This document shows, one piece after another, positions 44,777 to 53,930 of a DNA stretch of 64,000 bases (position 1 is the stretch's first letter; every line of letters begins with the position of its first letter). Both the position numbers and the translations under genes were made by a program. Source of the DNA: an uncultured delta proteobacterium (GTDB lineage Bacteria; Myxococcota_A; UBA9160; SZUA-336); contig CAVPHD010000009.1 of NCBI GenBank assembly GCA_963704165.1, forward strand, positions 32,001-96,000, in the 5' to 3' direction. The notes below the pieces were generated by a model. It was not told the origin of the DNA. It searched no databases and worked only from the letters and a program-made list of their open reading frames with translations.

Positions 44777-44804
44777 AAGTTATCCGTGGGCTTGTGCTTG
44801 TCAA
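44777..44804 (-). promoter_or_regulatory. Candidate sigma70 promoter TTGACA-N16-TAACTT for the bS22-like gene
   Basis: Perfect -35 in a short intergenic region. Confidence 0.5.
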
Positions 44805-44809
44805 GCGTC

Positions 44810-45292
44810 TCAGACTCGAGAGAGCGCCCAGGCCGCCCGCCCGAGCATGCGCGCCTGGATTCGCCCGCACAGCCGGTTGAGGGCGTGCCCGCGTGGCAGG
44901 AAACGGATCAGCGGTCTGCGACGGATCCCGAGCTCGGCCAGGCGCCGGTGCACCGCCGCGTTCTCGGGATCGACCATCAGCGCTCGGCGCAGGAAGCGGA
45001 TCGCGTCCGCCTTGAAGTCGAATGCGAGGTAGATCCGCGCGAGGTTCTGATAGAGGTCGGGATTGTAGAACTCCTGTCGCACCGCTGCGCGCGCCAGCTC
45101 GACGGCGCCCAGGAACTGACCACGCACGAGCGCGAGCGCGAGCGCATAGGACGAGCGGAAGCGCGCATTCTGCGGATCGATCAGATAGGCACGACTCAGA
45201 TGCTCGAATGCTTCGTGCCCGTGTCCCGCCTCGAGAAGCGCGATACCGCGACGGTTGTGCTCTTCGGGCGTAAATTCGGTCTTCTGCTGCAT
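44810..45292 (-). CDS. TPR protein
   Basis: AYLIDPQN, YQNLARIY, ALMVDPEN TPR motifs; C-terminal LGIRRRPLIRFLPRGHALNR. Confidence 0.8.
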   Translation of the reverse strand: MQQKTEFTPEEHNRRGIALLEAGHGHEAFEHLSRAYLIDPQNARFRSSYALALALVRGQFLGAVELARAAVRQEFYNPDLYQNLARIYLAFDFKADAIRFLRRALMVDPENAAVHRRLAELGIRRRPLIRFLPRGHALNRLCGRIQARMLGRAAWALSRV

Positions 45293-45396
45293 GAGGTCTG
45301 CCACCTGTCCCCTTCTGCCCCCCTGAGCGGCCTTATCGGCCAGTTCCTCCGGGAGATGAGTGGCCTCGGCAACCGTGCAGATCGCCCAGCCTCTGC

Positions 45397-47142
45397 CTAT
45401 GCGTGAAGTGGCAGGCGCACGACGAACTCGACCGTTCCAGCGAAGGGAAGCTCGGCCCAGGCGCGTCCGCCGTGCAGCTCGGCAATCGCGCGAACCAGGT
45501 TGAGCCCCAGCCCGACGCCCCCGTACTTCCGGGAGTACGAGCCGTCGCGCTGAACGAAGCGTGCGAAGATCCGCTCGAGATCCTCCGGTCCCAACTCGGC
45601 GCAGGGATTCCGCACTCGAACCTCGACGGCCTCGTCGTCCGCATTCGTGGAGACACGCACGCGAGCACCGCGCGTGCTGAACTTCAGGGAGTTCTCGAGC
45701 AGGTTGAGCACCACCTGTTTGATCCGATCGGGATCGAGGTCCGCCCGAGGCAGGCCGGGGTCGAGCGCCAGATCGACCGCGAATCCGGCCTCGTCCAGTC
45801 GGGGCTTCAGGATCTGCAGGCACTCGTGAACGATCGATCCCAGGGCTACGGGCCTGCGTGCGAGCGCGACACCCCCCGCCTCGATGTTCGATAGCTCGAG
45901 CAGACCGCGGATCAGCTCGGTCATGCGCGCGGCCTCGCGTTCGACGAGCCCGAGGAACTCCGCGCGCTGGACGGTATCGAGCCTCGCGCCTCCGGCGACT
46001 TCGGCGGCGATGTCCCTGCGGAGCAGTGTCGCGAATCCCTTGATGCTCGTGAGTGGAGTCGTCAGCTCGTGGCTCACGTTCGCGAGGAACTCGGACTTCA
46101 TCCGATCCGCGTCCACGATCCGTACGTTCTGCTGCCTCAATTCCTCGTTGCGCTCTCCCAGCTCTCGCTCGAGGCGCAGTCGCTCCGTCACATCGCGTGC
46201 GATGCACACGAGGGCATTCGAGCTCGCGGAGACGCGAGCGGATACCTCGATCGTCGCCAGCCCGGTCCGCGTGCGCGCCTCGAGCTGGATGCCTCGCATC
46301 GCGCCGAGCTCGAAGAGACGCGGGAGCACCTCCCGGATCGCCCGCCAGGAGGCGTCGGAGAGAAGGTCCTGCGCGGACTGACCGCGCAGCTCCGCGAGTG
46401 TCATGGAAGAGAAGCGCAGCGCGGCGCGATTCGCGTCGAGCACCATCATCGAGCGGTCGAAGACCAGAATGATGTCCGGCACCTCGTCCATGAAGCGCCG
46501 GACCCGCTGCAGATCGCGCAGGTCGGAGAACTCAGTCGTTCGAGCTTCGGACTCGGGATCGTCCCGCCGGACGGACTCGCGTCCTTCGAGCTCCGCTTGA
46601 AGCAAGCACGCCTCGCGCAGCACGCGCTCGTGCCGCGCGTCGCGGCATGGAATCCAGGACTTCACCTCGAAGCAACAGCGGTTGCCGCCACTCGCCGCGC
46701 ACTCGACATGGGAAACCAACACCGGCCCCTCGCCCGAGCAGCTCGACAGGAGAGCCCGCAAGGCGCCGAGCCGGAACTCGCACTCGCTCGCCTCGGCTGG
46801 AAAGCCGGGCGCGTTGGACCAGAAGAGCTGCGTGTCCCGCTCGCCGGAGCGGACCTCCACACTCGAGTGTCGGTCGAGCAATCGCGCCCAAGTCGGGAGC
46901 TCAGCCAGGAGAACGCTCGGGTCCTGAGCGAGTTCTGCGAAGGCGAGCACCCAGGGCTCCGAAACCTCCCAGACGCGCAGGCCCGCGGTGAAGGCGTTGT
47001 CGCGGTCCGCGAAGATCTCGAGCAGCCGCGCCCGAGGAATCCAGAGCGCCCGTTCCGCGCGCTCCTCGGGTTCGGGGCGCGCCAACGTCGGACCCTTGAT
47101 GGCGACCGGAGCCTGGGCGCTGCGACGAGCGCGCTCGCTCAC
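45397..47142 (-). CDS. V4R-like/PAS sensor histidine kinase
   Basis: HVECAASGGNRCCFEV (V4R-like), PAS, ANVSHELTTPL, GGVGLGL. Confidence 0.88.
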   Translation of the reverse strand: MSERARRSAQAPVAIKGPTLARPEPEERAERALWIPRARLLEIFADRDNAFTAGLRVWEVSEPWVLAFAELAQDPSVLLAELPTWARLLDRHSSVEVRSGERDTQLFWSNAPGFPAEASECEFRLGALRALLSSCSGEGPVLVSHVECAASGGNRCCFEVKSWIPCRDARHERVLREACLLQAELEGRESVRRDDPESEARTTEFSDLRDLQRVRRFMDEVPDIILVFDRSMMVLDANRAALRFSSMTLAELRGQSAQDLLSDASWRAIREVLPRLFELGAMRGIQLEARTRTGLATIEVSARVSASSNALVCIARDVTERLRLERELGERNEELRQQNVRIVDADRMKSEFLANVSHELTTPLTSIKGFATLLRRDIAAEVAGGARLDTVQRAEFLGLVEREAARMTELIRGLLELSNIEAGGVALARRPVALGSIVHECLQILKPRLDEAGFAVDLALDPGLPRADLDPDRIKQVVLNLLENSLKFSTRGARVRVSTNADDEAVEVRVRNPCAELGPEDLERIFARFVQRDGSYSRKYGGVGLGLNLVRAIAELHGGRAWAELPFAGTVEFVVRLPLHA

Positions 47143-47162
47143 CGTGGCCGAGATCCCCGGGC

Positions 47163-47396
47163 TCAGTTCTCGATGATCTCGAGGATGTACCGCTTGTTCT
47201 CCTTGCCGCTCGCAGCTGCGAGGATGGTGCGGATCGCCGAAGCGTGTGCCCCGCCCTTGCCGATCACCTTGCCGAGATCCTCCTTCGCCACGGAGAGTTC
47301 GATCACGTGGGCATGGTTGCCCTTGATCTCGGTGATCTCGACCGATTCGGGCCTGTCGACCAGAGCCTTTACGATCATCTCGACCAGCTCTTTCAT
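47163..47396 (-). CDS. khpA: Small KH-domain RNA-binding protein (KhpA/UPF0109)
   Basis: MKELVEMIVKALVD.P, DLGKVIGKGG, AIRTIL. Confidence 0.9.
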   Translation of the reverse strand: MKELVEMIVKALVDRPESVEITEIKGNHAHVIELSVAKEDLGKVIGKGGAHASAIRTILAAASGKENKRYILEIIEN

Positions 47397-47520
47397 GTCC
47401 GACTCCTGCACCGGTGGCGAAATCGAGCGTCGGTGAATCCAGGGAGAGACCCGATTCAGTCTCTCACCCCGTTTCGAAAGGGTCAACCACGCAACTTCCG
47501 GGGAGAACGCGCGACCCGCT

Positions 47521-48135
47521 TCAGCTACCGGTTCGCGTGAATCCAGCATTCTCCAGATACCGAAAGACGTACTTCCCGAGCACGTCGAGCTCGAGATTCA
47601 CGGTCATGCCCGGCACGAAGCTCCCGAGTGTCGTGACCGCGAGGGTGTGCGGGATGAGCGCCACGGAGAAGCCCCGCTCATCGGGGGCAACCACCGTGAG
47701 CGAAGTACCTTCGAGCGAGATCGATCCCTTGGGCACGATCTGCCTGGCGAGCGGGGTCGGGCAATCGACGCGAACCAGACGATCGGTGCCATCGCGCTCG
47801 ACCGAGCGAACCGTTCCCGTTCCATCGACGTGTCCCTGGACGATGTGCCCGTCGAGGCGAGCATCGGCGCGCATCGCGCGCTCGAGATTCACGGCGTCGC
47901 CGGGCTTCCGCGTTCCGAGCGACGTGGTTCGCATCGTCTCGGCGACCGCTTGGAAGACGAGGGCCGCACCGCGGACCTCGACCACCGTGAGACAGCATCC
48001 GGAGATCGCGATGCTGTCTCCGATCCGGACCTCGCCCGCGAGATCGACGCCGGCTTCGATCTCGAGTTCCACCCGGCCCCCGATCGGCTCGATCCGCGTG
48101 ATTCGCGCGACGCGTTCGACGATTCCGGTGAACAC
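47521..48135 (-). CDS. ribE: Riboflavin synthase
   Basis: MFTGIVE, GCCLTV, VNLERA, GHIVQGHVDG, ALIPHT. Confidence 0.96.
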   Translation of the reverse strand: MFTGIVERVARITRIEPIGGRVELEIEAGVDLAGEVRIGDSIAISGCCLTVVEVRGAALVFQAVAETMRTTSLGTRKPGDAVNLERAMRADARLDGHIVQGHVDGTGTVRSVERDGTDRLVRVDCPTPLARQIVPKGSISLEGTSLTVVAPDERGFSVALIPHTLAVTTLGSFVPGMTVNLELDVLGKYVFRYLENAGFTRTGS

Positions 48136-48145
48136 GCGGCGCCCC

Positions 48146-49102
48146 TCAACGTGGCTTGAAACGGAAATTGTGCTCCGCTTCGATCCAACGTGTCGTCATC
48201 GAGTGACTGCGCATCACGACGGAGTGGGTCAATGCGCCCTCCGCGCGGAATCGCACGCCCTTCAGGAAGTCTCCCTCCGTCACGCCGGTGCCGGCGAACA
48301 ACACGTCCCCCGAGGCGAGGTCGTCCAGGGTGAGCTTCGCGTCGACGTCCTTGATTCCCATCGCGCGCGCGCGATCGGCCTCACCCTGGTTGCGCGGCTT
48401 CAACCGACCCTGGATGTCCCCGCCCTGGCAGCGGAGCGCCGCCGCGGCGATCACGCCCTCGGGCGCGCCGCCGATTCCCAGCAACACGTCGACCTGATGT
48501 TGCCGGCTGCACGTCGCGATCGCGGCGGAGACGTCGCCGTCCTTGATCAGCTTGATTCGCGCCCCGGCCTTCCTCACCTCGTCGATCAGCTTTTCGTGAC
48601 GCGGTCGATCGAGGATGACGACGGTCAGATCCGACACGGGTACGCTCATGGCCTTCGAGATGTTCTTCAGGTTCTCCGTCGGTCCGAGGTCGATGTCGAT
48701 GGCACCGCGCGCGGCCGGCCCCACGGCGATCTTCTCCATGTAGGTGTCGGGTGCGTGCAGGAAGCCACCCTCTTCCGCCGCGGCGATCACCGAGAGGGCG
48801 TTCTGTCCGCCCGTGGCGCAAAGCGTCGTGCCCTCGAGCGGATCGAGCGCGATCTCGATCCGCGGACCCTTACCGGTCCCGACCTTCTCGCCGATGTAGA
48901 GCATCGGCGCCTCGTCGCGCTCGCCCTCGCCGATCACGACCGTCGCATCCATTTCGATGCGATTCAGCGCGGTGCGCATCGCATCGACCGCGGCCTGGTC
49001 CGCGGCCGTCTCGTCACCCCGCCCCATGAGCCGCGCGCACTCGAGCGCGGCCGCCTCCGTCGCACGCACGAGTTCGAGTGCCAGATTCCGATCCATTGCC
49101 AT
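48146..49102 (-). CDS. glpX: Class II fructose-1,6-bisphosphatase
   Basis: VIGEGERDEAPML, DPLEGT, LDRPRH, DGDV, GGAPEG. Confidence 0.96.
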   Translation of the reverse strand: MAMDRNLALELVRATEAAALECARLMGRGDETAADQAAVDAMRTALNRIEMDATVVIGEGERDEAPMLYIGEKVGTGKGPRIEIALDPLEGTTLCATGGQNALSVIAAAEEGGFLHAPDTYMEKIAVGPAARGAIDIDLGPTENLKNISKAMSVPVSDLTVVILDRPRHEKLIDEVRKAGARIKLIKDGDVSAAIATCSRQHQVDVLLGIGGAPEGVIAAAALRCQGGDIQGRLKPRNQGEADRARAMGIKDVDAKLTLDDLASGDVLFAGTGVTEGDFLKGVRFRAEGALTHSVVMRSHSMTTRWIEAEHNFRFKPR

Positions 49103-49123
49103 GTCTGTTGCTCCCTCCGTCAG

Positions 49124-50476
49124 CTAGAAGCGCTGATCGATCTGTCGGTAGATCTCGCTTCGTACGACGTCATAGCGCGCAGGAAGCACGATCGGCGGAT
49201 TCGCCAGCCCTGAGTCGATGCCGGCGAGCTTCGATTGGTGATAGCGCACCTTGAAATCGGTGAACTTGAGTCCGTGCGCGGTCGAGACGACGACGACACG
49301 CTGGTCCTTCTGGATCTGCCCGCGCTTGACGAGCTTCTTCAACGCGGCGAGCGCCACCCCCGTATGGGGACACGCGAAGAGGCCCGTACGGTCGGCCTCA
49401 GCGGCGGCCGCGGCGATCTCGTTCTCCGAGGCCTGCTCGACGATCCCGTCGAAACGGCGCAGGGTCGCGACCGCGCGGTCGAACGAGACGGGATTCCCGA
49501 TCTGGATCGCCGACGCCAGCGTCGGCCGCGCGTGCATCGGCTCGAACTTCTCGAAGTCGCCGAGATAGCTCTGATAGAGAGGGTTCGCGTTTTCCGCCTG
49601 CGCACAGCAGATGCGCGGCAGCCGGTCGATGATGCCGAGGTCGAGCCACTCGAGCAGTCCCTTTCCGAGCGCCGAGACGTTGCCGAGGTTGCCCCCCGGA
49701 ATCACGATCCAGTCCGGAACCTCCCAGTCGAACTGCTGCACGATCTCCATGCCCAGCGTCTTCTGGCCCTCGATGCGCAGGCTGTTCATCGAGTTCGCCA
49801 GGTAGATGCCATCGCGCTGCGCGATCTCCCTCACGATCGCCATGCATCCGTCGAAGTCCGTCTCGAGCGAGAGCGTGATCGCACCGTTCGCGAGCGGCTG
49901 GACCAACTGGGCGATCGATACCTTGTCCTTCGGCAGCAGCACGATCGCGGGGATCCCCGCATAGGCCGCGTACGCGGAGAGCGCCGCAGAGGTGTCGCCC
50001 GTCGATGCGCAGGCGACCGCGCGCACGTCCTTTCCCATCTTGATCATCTGATTCACGACCGACACGAGCACGGTCATGCCGAGATCCTTGAAGCTGCCCG
50101 TATGGGTATTGCCGCAGAGCTTCACCCACAGATCGTCGACACCGAGCTGCGCGCCGAGTCGTTTGGCCCAGAACAGGTTCGTGTGTCCCTCGAACATCGA
50201 GACGACGTTCTCTTCCTCGACCGCCGGGCAGATCAGCTCCGACTTGCCCCAGACCCCGGAACCGTACGGCCACTCCGTGCTGTGGGCGCGATCGTCGAAG
50301 ATCTTCATCCACTTCTGGGGTGGGGTGCGCTTCAACCGCGCCATGTCGTGCTGCACCGTGAGCAACCCCTCGCAGTGCGGGCAGGTGTAGATCACCTCGG
50401 TGAGCTCCCAGCGACCCGCACAGCCGCGCGCGCACTCGAACCAGGCGTCGTACTTCGGCGAACGTGTCGGCGGCAT
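49124..50476 (-). CDS. thrC: Threonine synthase
   Basis: [43 protein letters not shown]. Confidence 0.95.
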   Translation of the reverse strand: MPPTRSPKYDAWFECARGCAGRWELTEVIYTCPHCEGLLTVQHDMARLKRTPPQKWMKIFDDRAHSTEWPYGSGVWGKSELICPAVEEENVVSMFEGHTNLFWAKRLGAQLGVDDLWVKLCGNTHTGSFKDLGMTVLVSVVNQMIKMGKDVRAVACASTGDTSAALSAYAAYAGIPAIVLLPKDKVSIAQLVQPLANGAITLSLETDFDGCMAIVREIAQRDGIYLANSMNSLRIEGQKTLGMEIVQQFDWEVPDWIVIPGGNLGNVSALGKGLLEWLDLGIIDRLPRICCAQAENANPLYQSYLGDFEKFEPMHARPTLASAIQIGNPVSFDRAVATLRRFDGIVEQASENEIAAAAAEADRTGLFACPHTGVALAALKKLVKRGQIQKDQRVVVVSTAHGLKFTDFKVRYHQSKLAGIDSGLANPPIVLPARYDVVRSEIYRQIDQRF

Positions 50477-50478
50477 GT

Positions 50479-51786
50479 CTAGAGCTCCCGTTCGATTCGA
50501 ATCGACTGAGCGGGCGCGACGACCTCTCGGAGCTTCGCGATCTCGCCAAGCGCCGCATCGAGATCGAGCTGTCGCGATTCGTGGGTGGTGATCACGATCG
50601 GCACGGCGCGCGACTCGTGGCGCTCTTCCTGAAGGACGCTCGCGATGCTGATGCCGCGCGCACCGAGCGCCCCGGTGATGCGCGAGAGCACGCCCGGCGA
50701 GTCGTGCGCGGTGAAACGTACGTAGAACTCGCCGCGCTGGTCGCCGGGTGCACAGAGCTCGGCGTCGCGGGGCTCGGGGGTTCCAAACGGTGGAACCCGG
50801 CCCGACAGGCCGTGTCGCCGCGCGCGCGCGAGCTCCATCAAGTCCGCCACGACCGCACTCGCGGTCGGCAAGGCGCCCGCGCCCGCACCGTAGTAGAGCG
50901 TCGGTCCCGAGAACTCGCCGTGCACCTCGACCGCGTTCATCGAGCCATCGACGCCCGCCAATACGCTCGTTCTCGGAATCATCGTCGGATGCACCCGAGC
51001 CTGGATGCCCGTTCCATTCTGCTTCGCGACGGAGAGCAGCTTCACTCGAAAGCCGATCCGGCTCGCGTACTCGATGTCGGCGGGGACGATGTGCCGGATC
51101 CCCTCGATCGGGAACGCGGATGGCCCGAGATACACACCAAAGGCCAGCCCCGCGAGGATCGCGAGCTTGTTCGCGGAGTCGATTCCATCGATGTCCGAGC
51201 TCGGATCGGCTTCGGCGTAGCCGAGATCCTGCGCGCGCTTCAGACACGCCTCGTACGGCTCACCGGACTTCTCCATCTCGGTCAAGATGAAGTTGCAGGT
51301 GCCGTTGACGATCCCGTGCAGAGCGACCACGCGATCCCCACACAGCCCCTCGCGGAGCGCGCGCAGCACGGGAATCGTGCCACCGACGCTCGCCTCGAAT
51401 GCGATCTCCGTCGACTTCGAGGCGGCCAGCGCGAAGATCTCTCGCCCGTGACTCGCGAGAAGCGCCTTGTTCGCGGTGACGACGTGCTTGCCCGCGTCCA
51501 GCGACGCCAGCACGAGGTCGCGAGCCACGCGCGTACCGCCGACGAGCTCGACGACGAGATCGATCGTCGGATCGTCCACGAGCTCGCGCCAATCGCGCGA
51601 GAGCCGGTAACCTCCGAGGTCCACACCACGCTCGCGCTCGAGATCGATGTCCGCGACGCGGACGAGCTCGAGCGGAAAACCGAGTCGTTCGGAGATCAGC
51701 GCGCCGTGGGACTGAAGTGCGCGGACGACGCCGGTCCCGATCGTGCCCAGCCCCACGAGTCCCACACGCATGGACCGCTCAGACAT
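50479..51786 (-). CDS. hom: Homoserine dehydrogenase
   Basis: [34 protein letters not shown]-terminal ACT. Confidence 0.96.
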   Translation of the reverse strand: MSERSMRVGLVGLGTIGTGVVRALQSHGALISERLGFPLELVRVADIDLERERGVDLGGYRLSRDWRELVDDPTIDLVVELVGGTRVARDLVLASLDAGKHVVTANKALLASHGREIFALAASKSTEIAFEASVGGTIPVLRALREGLCGDRVVALHGIVNGTCNFILTEMEKSGEPYEACLKRAQDLGYAEADPSSDIDGIDSANKLAILAGLAFGVYLGPSAFPIEGIRHIVPADIEYASRIGFRVKLLSVAKQNGTGIQARVHPTMIPRTSVLAGVDGSMNAVEVHGEFSGPTLYYGAGAGALPTASAVVADLMELARARRHGLSGRVPPFGTPEPRDAELCAPGDQRGEFYVRFTAHDSPGVLSRITGALGARGISIASVLQEERHESRAVPIVITTHESRQLDLDAALGEIAKLREVVAPAQSIRIEREL

Positions 51787-52954
51787 CGCGCAGGAGTCTC
51801 TTCATGTTGCGAACCGCCTGTCGGATCCGGTGCGTGTTCTCGACCAACGCGAATCGCACGAAGCCTTCCCCCGCGGGACCGAAGCCGATGCCCGGCGCGA
51901 CGGCGACGTCGGCCTTCTCCAGCAGGAGCTTCGAGAACTCGAGCGATCCGAGCGAGGCGAATCGCTCCGGCAGCGGCGCCCAGACGAACATCGTCCCGAG
52001 CGGCTTCTCGATCTTCCAGCCCGCCTGGTCGAGTCCGTCGACGAGCGCGTTTCGGCGCTCGCGGTAGTCCTCGACGATCTCGGCGACGAAGTCCTGCGGT
52101 CCGTCGAGCGCGACGATCGTCGCGATCTGGATCGGCTGGAACGTGCCGTAGTCGAGATAGCTCTTCACGCGCGAGAGGACGCGCACGTACTCCGCGTTCC
52201 CCGCGCCGAAGCCGACGCGCCAGCCGGCCATCGCGTGCGACTTCGAGAGCGAGGTGAATTCGAGCGTGCACTCCATCGCGCCCGGCACCTGCAAGGCGCT
52301 CGGCGGCTTGTAGCCGTCGTAGCAGATCTCCGCATAGGCGAGGTCGTGCACGAAGACGAGATCGTGCCGACGGCAGAAATCGACGAGACGCGCGAGGAAC
52401 GGCAGGTCGACCGTCGCGGTGGTCGGATTGTGCGGAAACGAGGCGATCAGCATCTTCGGGCGTGGCCAGCTCGCCTGCGTCGCCTCCTCGAGGCGCTCGA
52501 TCAGTCCATCGAGCGGAAGCAGCGACACGCGCCGGATGTCGCCCCCCGCGATCAGCACCGAGAAGCTGTGAATCGGGTAGCAAGGGTCCGGGCACAGAAC
52601 GGTGTCACCGCGGGAGATCGCCGCGATCACGAAGTGCGAGAGGCCCTCCTTCGCGCCGATCGTCGAGATCACCTGCGTGTCGGGATCGAGGTCGATGTCG
52701 TAGTGGCGCTTGTACCAACGGCCCATCGCGCGCCGCAGATTCGGCAGGCCGCGCGACGCGGAATAGTGGTGGTTTCGCGAGTCGCGGGCGGCTTCGACCA
52801 GCTTCTCGACCACGTGTGGAGGGGTCCCGTGATTGGGATTTCCGAAACCGAGGTCGATGACGTCCTCGCCGGCGCGCCGCGCCCGAAGCTTCAGGTCGTT
52901 GACGATCGCGAGGATGTAGGGCGGCAGTCGGTCGAGCTTTTCGAACTTCGTCAT
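51779..52954 (-). CDS. Class I/II aminotransferase (AlaC/LL-DAP aminotransferase-like)
   Basis: LPPY, DLGFGNP, GAKEG, FPHNPT, HDLAY, SLSKS, KSYLDYG. Confidence 0.88.
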   Translation of the reverse strand: MTKFEKLDRLPPYILAIVNDLKLRARRAGEDVIDLGFGNPNHGTPPHVVEKLVEAARDSRNHHYSASRGLPNLRRAMGRWYKRHYDIDLDPDTQVISTIGAKEGLSHFVIAAISRGDTVLCPDPCYPIHSFSVLIAGGDIRRVSLLPLDGLIERLEEATQASWPRPKMLIASFPHNPTTATVDLPFLARLVDFCRRHDLVFVHDLAYAEICYDGYKPPSALQVPGAMECTLEFTSLSKSHAMAGWRVGFGAGNAEYVRVLSRVKSYLDYGTFQPIQIATIVALDGPQDFVAEIVEDYRERRNALVDGLDQAGWKIEKPLGTMFVWAPLPERFASLGSLEFSKLLLEKADVAVAPGIGFGPAGEGFVRFALVENTHRIRQAVRNMKRLLRDV

Positions 52955-53874
52955 CTCGGGCCTTCGGGGGGGCGGAGGTGATCGACGAGCGTCTCGGCGC
53001 GGAATGAGCTGCGCACGAGCGGTCCGCTCTCGACGTGGCGGAAGCCGAGCCCGAGAGCGAAGTCGCGAAGCTCGGAGAACTCGGCGGGAGCGAGGAAGCG
53101 ATCGACCGGACGGTGCCGCAGGGTCGGACGCAGGTACTGCCCGAGCGTCAGGACATCGACTCCGGAATCGCGCAGGTCGCGCAGGACTTCGACGAGCTCG
53201 CGCCGCGTCTCTCCGAGGCCGAGCATCAGCCCCGACTTCGTCAGCAGATCCGGGCTTCGCCGCTTGACCCGCGCGAGCAGCGCGAGCGAACGCGGGTAAC
53301 GCGCGCCGATACGGACGCTCGGATAGAGACGCGGAACGGTCTCGAGATTGTGGTTGTAGACGTCCGGTCGTTCGTCGGTCACGCGATCGATGCAGGTTGC
53401 GTCGCCGCGGAAGTCCGGGGTCAGGACTTCGATCGTCGCGGGCGGCAGGGCCATGCGGATCTCCGCGATCGCGCGCGCGAACTGGCTCGATCCCTGGTCC
53501 GGGAGGTCGTCCCGATTCACGCTGGTCAACACCACATGGCGTAGATCGAGCGCGCGCGCGGCTTCGGAGACCCGCCGAGGCTCTTCGAGATCGATCGGTC
53601 GGCCGAGCCCGGTCGCGACATTGCAGAAGCGGCACGCGCGCGTGCAGACGTCGCCGAGCAGCATGAACGTGACCGTGCCGCGTCCGAAGCAGTCCGAAAG
53701 GTTCGGGCAGCGCGCCTCCTCGCAGACGGAGTGCAGGCCGCGCTCGCGCAGCATTCGCTTCATCTCGAAGACGGCCGGGGTCATCCGCGAATCGCTCCTG
53801 CAGTGCGACGGCGGGCGCAGGAGCGCCTTTGCCGAAACAGCGGAGATCCGCGACTGGCCTAGGGAATCAGCCAT
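52951..53874 (-). CDS. lipA: Lipoyl synthase
   Basis: CEEARCPNLSDC, CTRACRFC, NHNLETV, GQYLRP, PLVRSS. Confidence 0.95.
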   Translation of the reverse strand: MADSLGQSRISAVSAKALLRPPSHCRSDSRMTPAVFEMKRMLRERGLHSVCEEARCPNLSDCFGRGTVTFMLLGDVCTRACRFCNVATGLGRPIDLEEPRRVSEAARALDLRHVVLTSVNRDDLPDQGSSQFARAIAEIRMALPPATIEVLTPDFRGDATCIDRVTDERPDVYNHNLETVPRLYPSVRIGARYPRSLALLARVKRRSPDLLTKSGLMLGLGETRRELVEVLRDLRDSGVDVLTLGQYLRPTLRHRPVDRFLAPAEFSELRDFALGLGFRHVESGPLVRSSFRAETLVDHLRPPEGPR

Positions 53875-53930
53875 GGGCCGGCAGGATATTCGAGCCTGAG
53901 CGGGCCTGCCAGCGAGCCCGCCCCGGCCGG

